A DNA stretch of 64,000 bases from Lytechinus pictus (Eukaryota). The stretch lies in contig NC_087258.1 of assembly GCF_037042905.1 (NCBI RefSeq), positions 19,654,001 through 19,718,000 on the forward strand, read 5' to 3'. A program made the position numbers and the translations under genes. Positions 63,627 through 64,000 of this stretch are shown here, one piece after another (the first letter of the stretch is position 1; every line of letters starts with the position of its first letter). The notes beneath the pieces were generated by a model. That model saw only the letters and a program-made list of their open reading frames with translations, was not told where the DNA came from and ran no database searches.

Positions 63627-64000
63627 AACAATATTAACAAACCCCCCCCCTGAAAATTCTTTATGAGAAGATGGGACGTAACTTACTGATGTATAAATGT
63701 CGGAAATGAAGTTCTAGCCCATTTACATGATTTAGGGCTAGAACTTATACAGGGAAGTAGAAATCTGGGGGCAAAAGTTTTAATTTTGACCATCCTATAC
63801 GCACATGATATGGGCACAGTCCCTAGCACTGTGGAGAGTAAGCACACATTAGTGAATGATTTTTACTCTCTAGGAGCCTCCTGGCTTAGCATGTGAAGAA
63901 GGATGGGAATAAAAGCCAAATCTGCTACTTTCGGGATCCTTGATGTAGCCGTGGTTCCTTGGATGAAAAATTCTGATAAAATGGAGAATGATCAGAGCTG

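Overview
This is AT-rich, intron-containing animal genomic DNA. The repeat families resemble those of sea urchins, which is an inference from memory. Two host genes converge. The 3' end of a class A GPCR lies on + (TM7 NPxxY exon 8571-8781 spliced to a large C-tail exon 11781-13093). The last nine coding exons of the translesion polymerase REV1 lie on - (62033 to 52378). Between them are a 6.9-kb, 30-bp minisatellite with higher-order structure (about 16.6-23.4 kb) and a ~23-kb mosaic of broken mobile-element genes (about 27.6-49.6 kb). The mosaic holds two His-Cys-box (I-PpoI-like) endonuclease copies behind a ~213-bp tandem array, four piggyBac transposase pieces, an Ulp1-like protease piece, a pogo transposase, a Penelope RT/GIY-YIG element with a hammerhead ribozyme, a GIN/Ginger-like integrase N-terminus, two P2X7-ballast-like genes, a putative Sola-like piece and a Gypsy pol tail. 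Every fragment I could recognise codes on +, antisense to transcription running out of REV1's 3' end. The block is bracketed by a diverged direct repeat of sequence just downstream of the REV1 stop. My lead hypothesis is a flamenco-like uni-strand piRNA cluster (transposon trap) fed by REV1 read-through; it is untested and needs small-RNA data. The remainder is SINEs, MITEs and Helentron-like elements.
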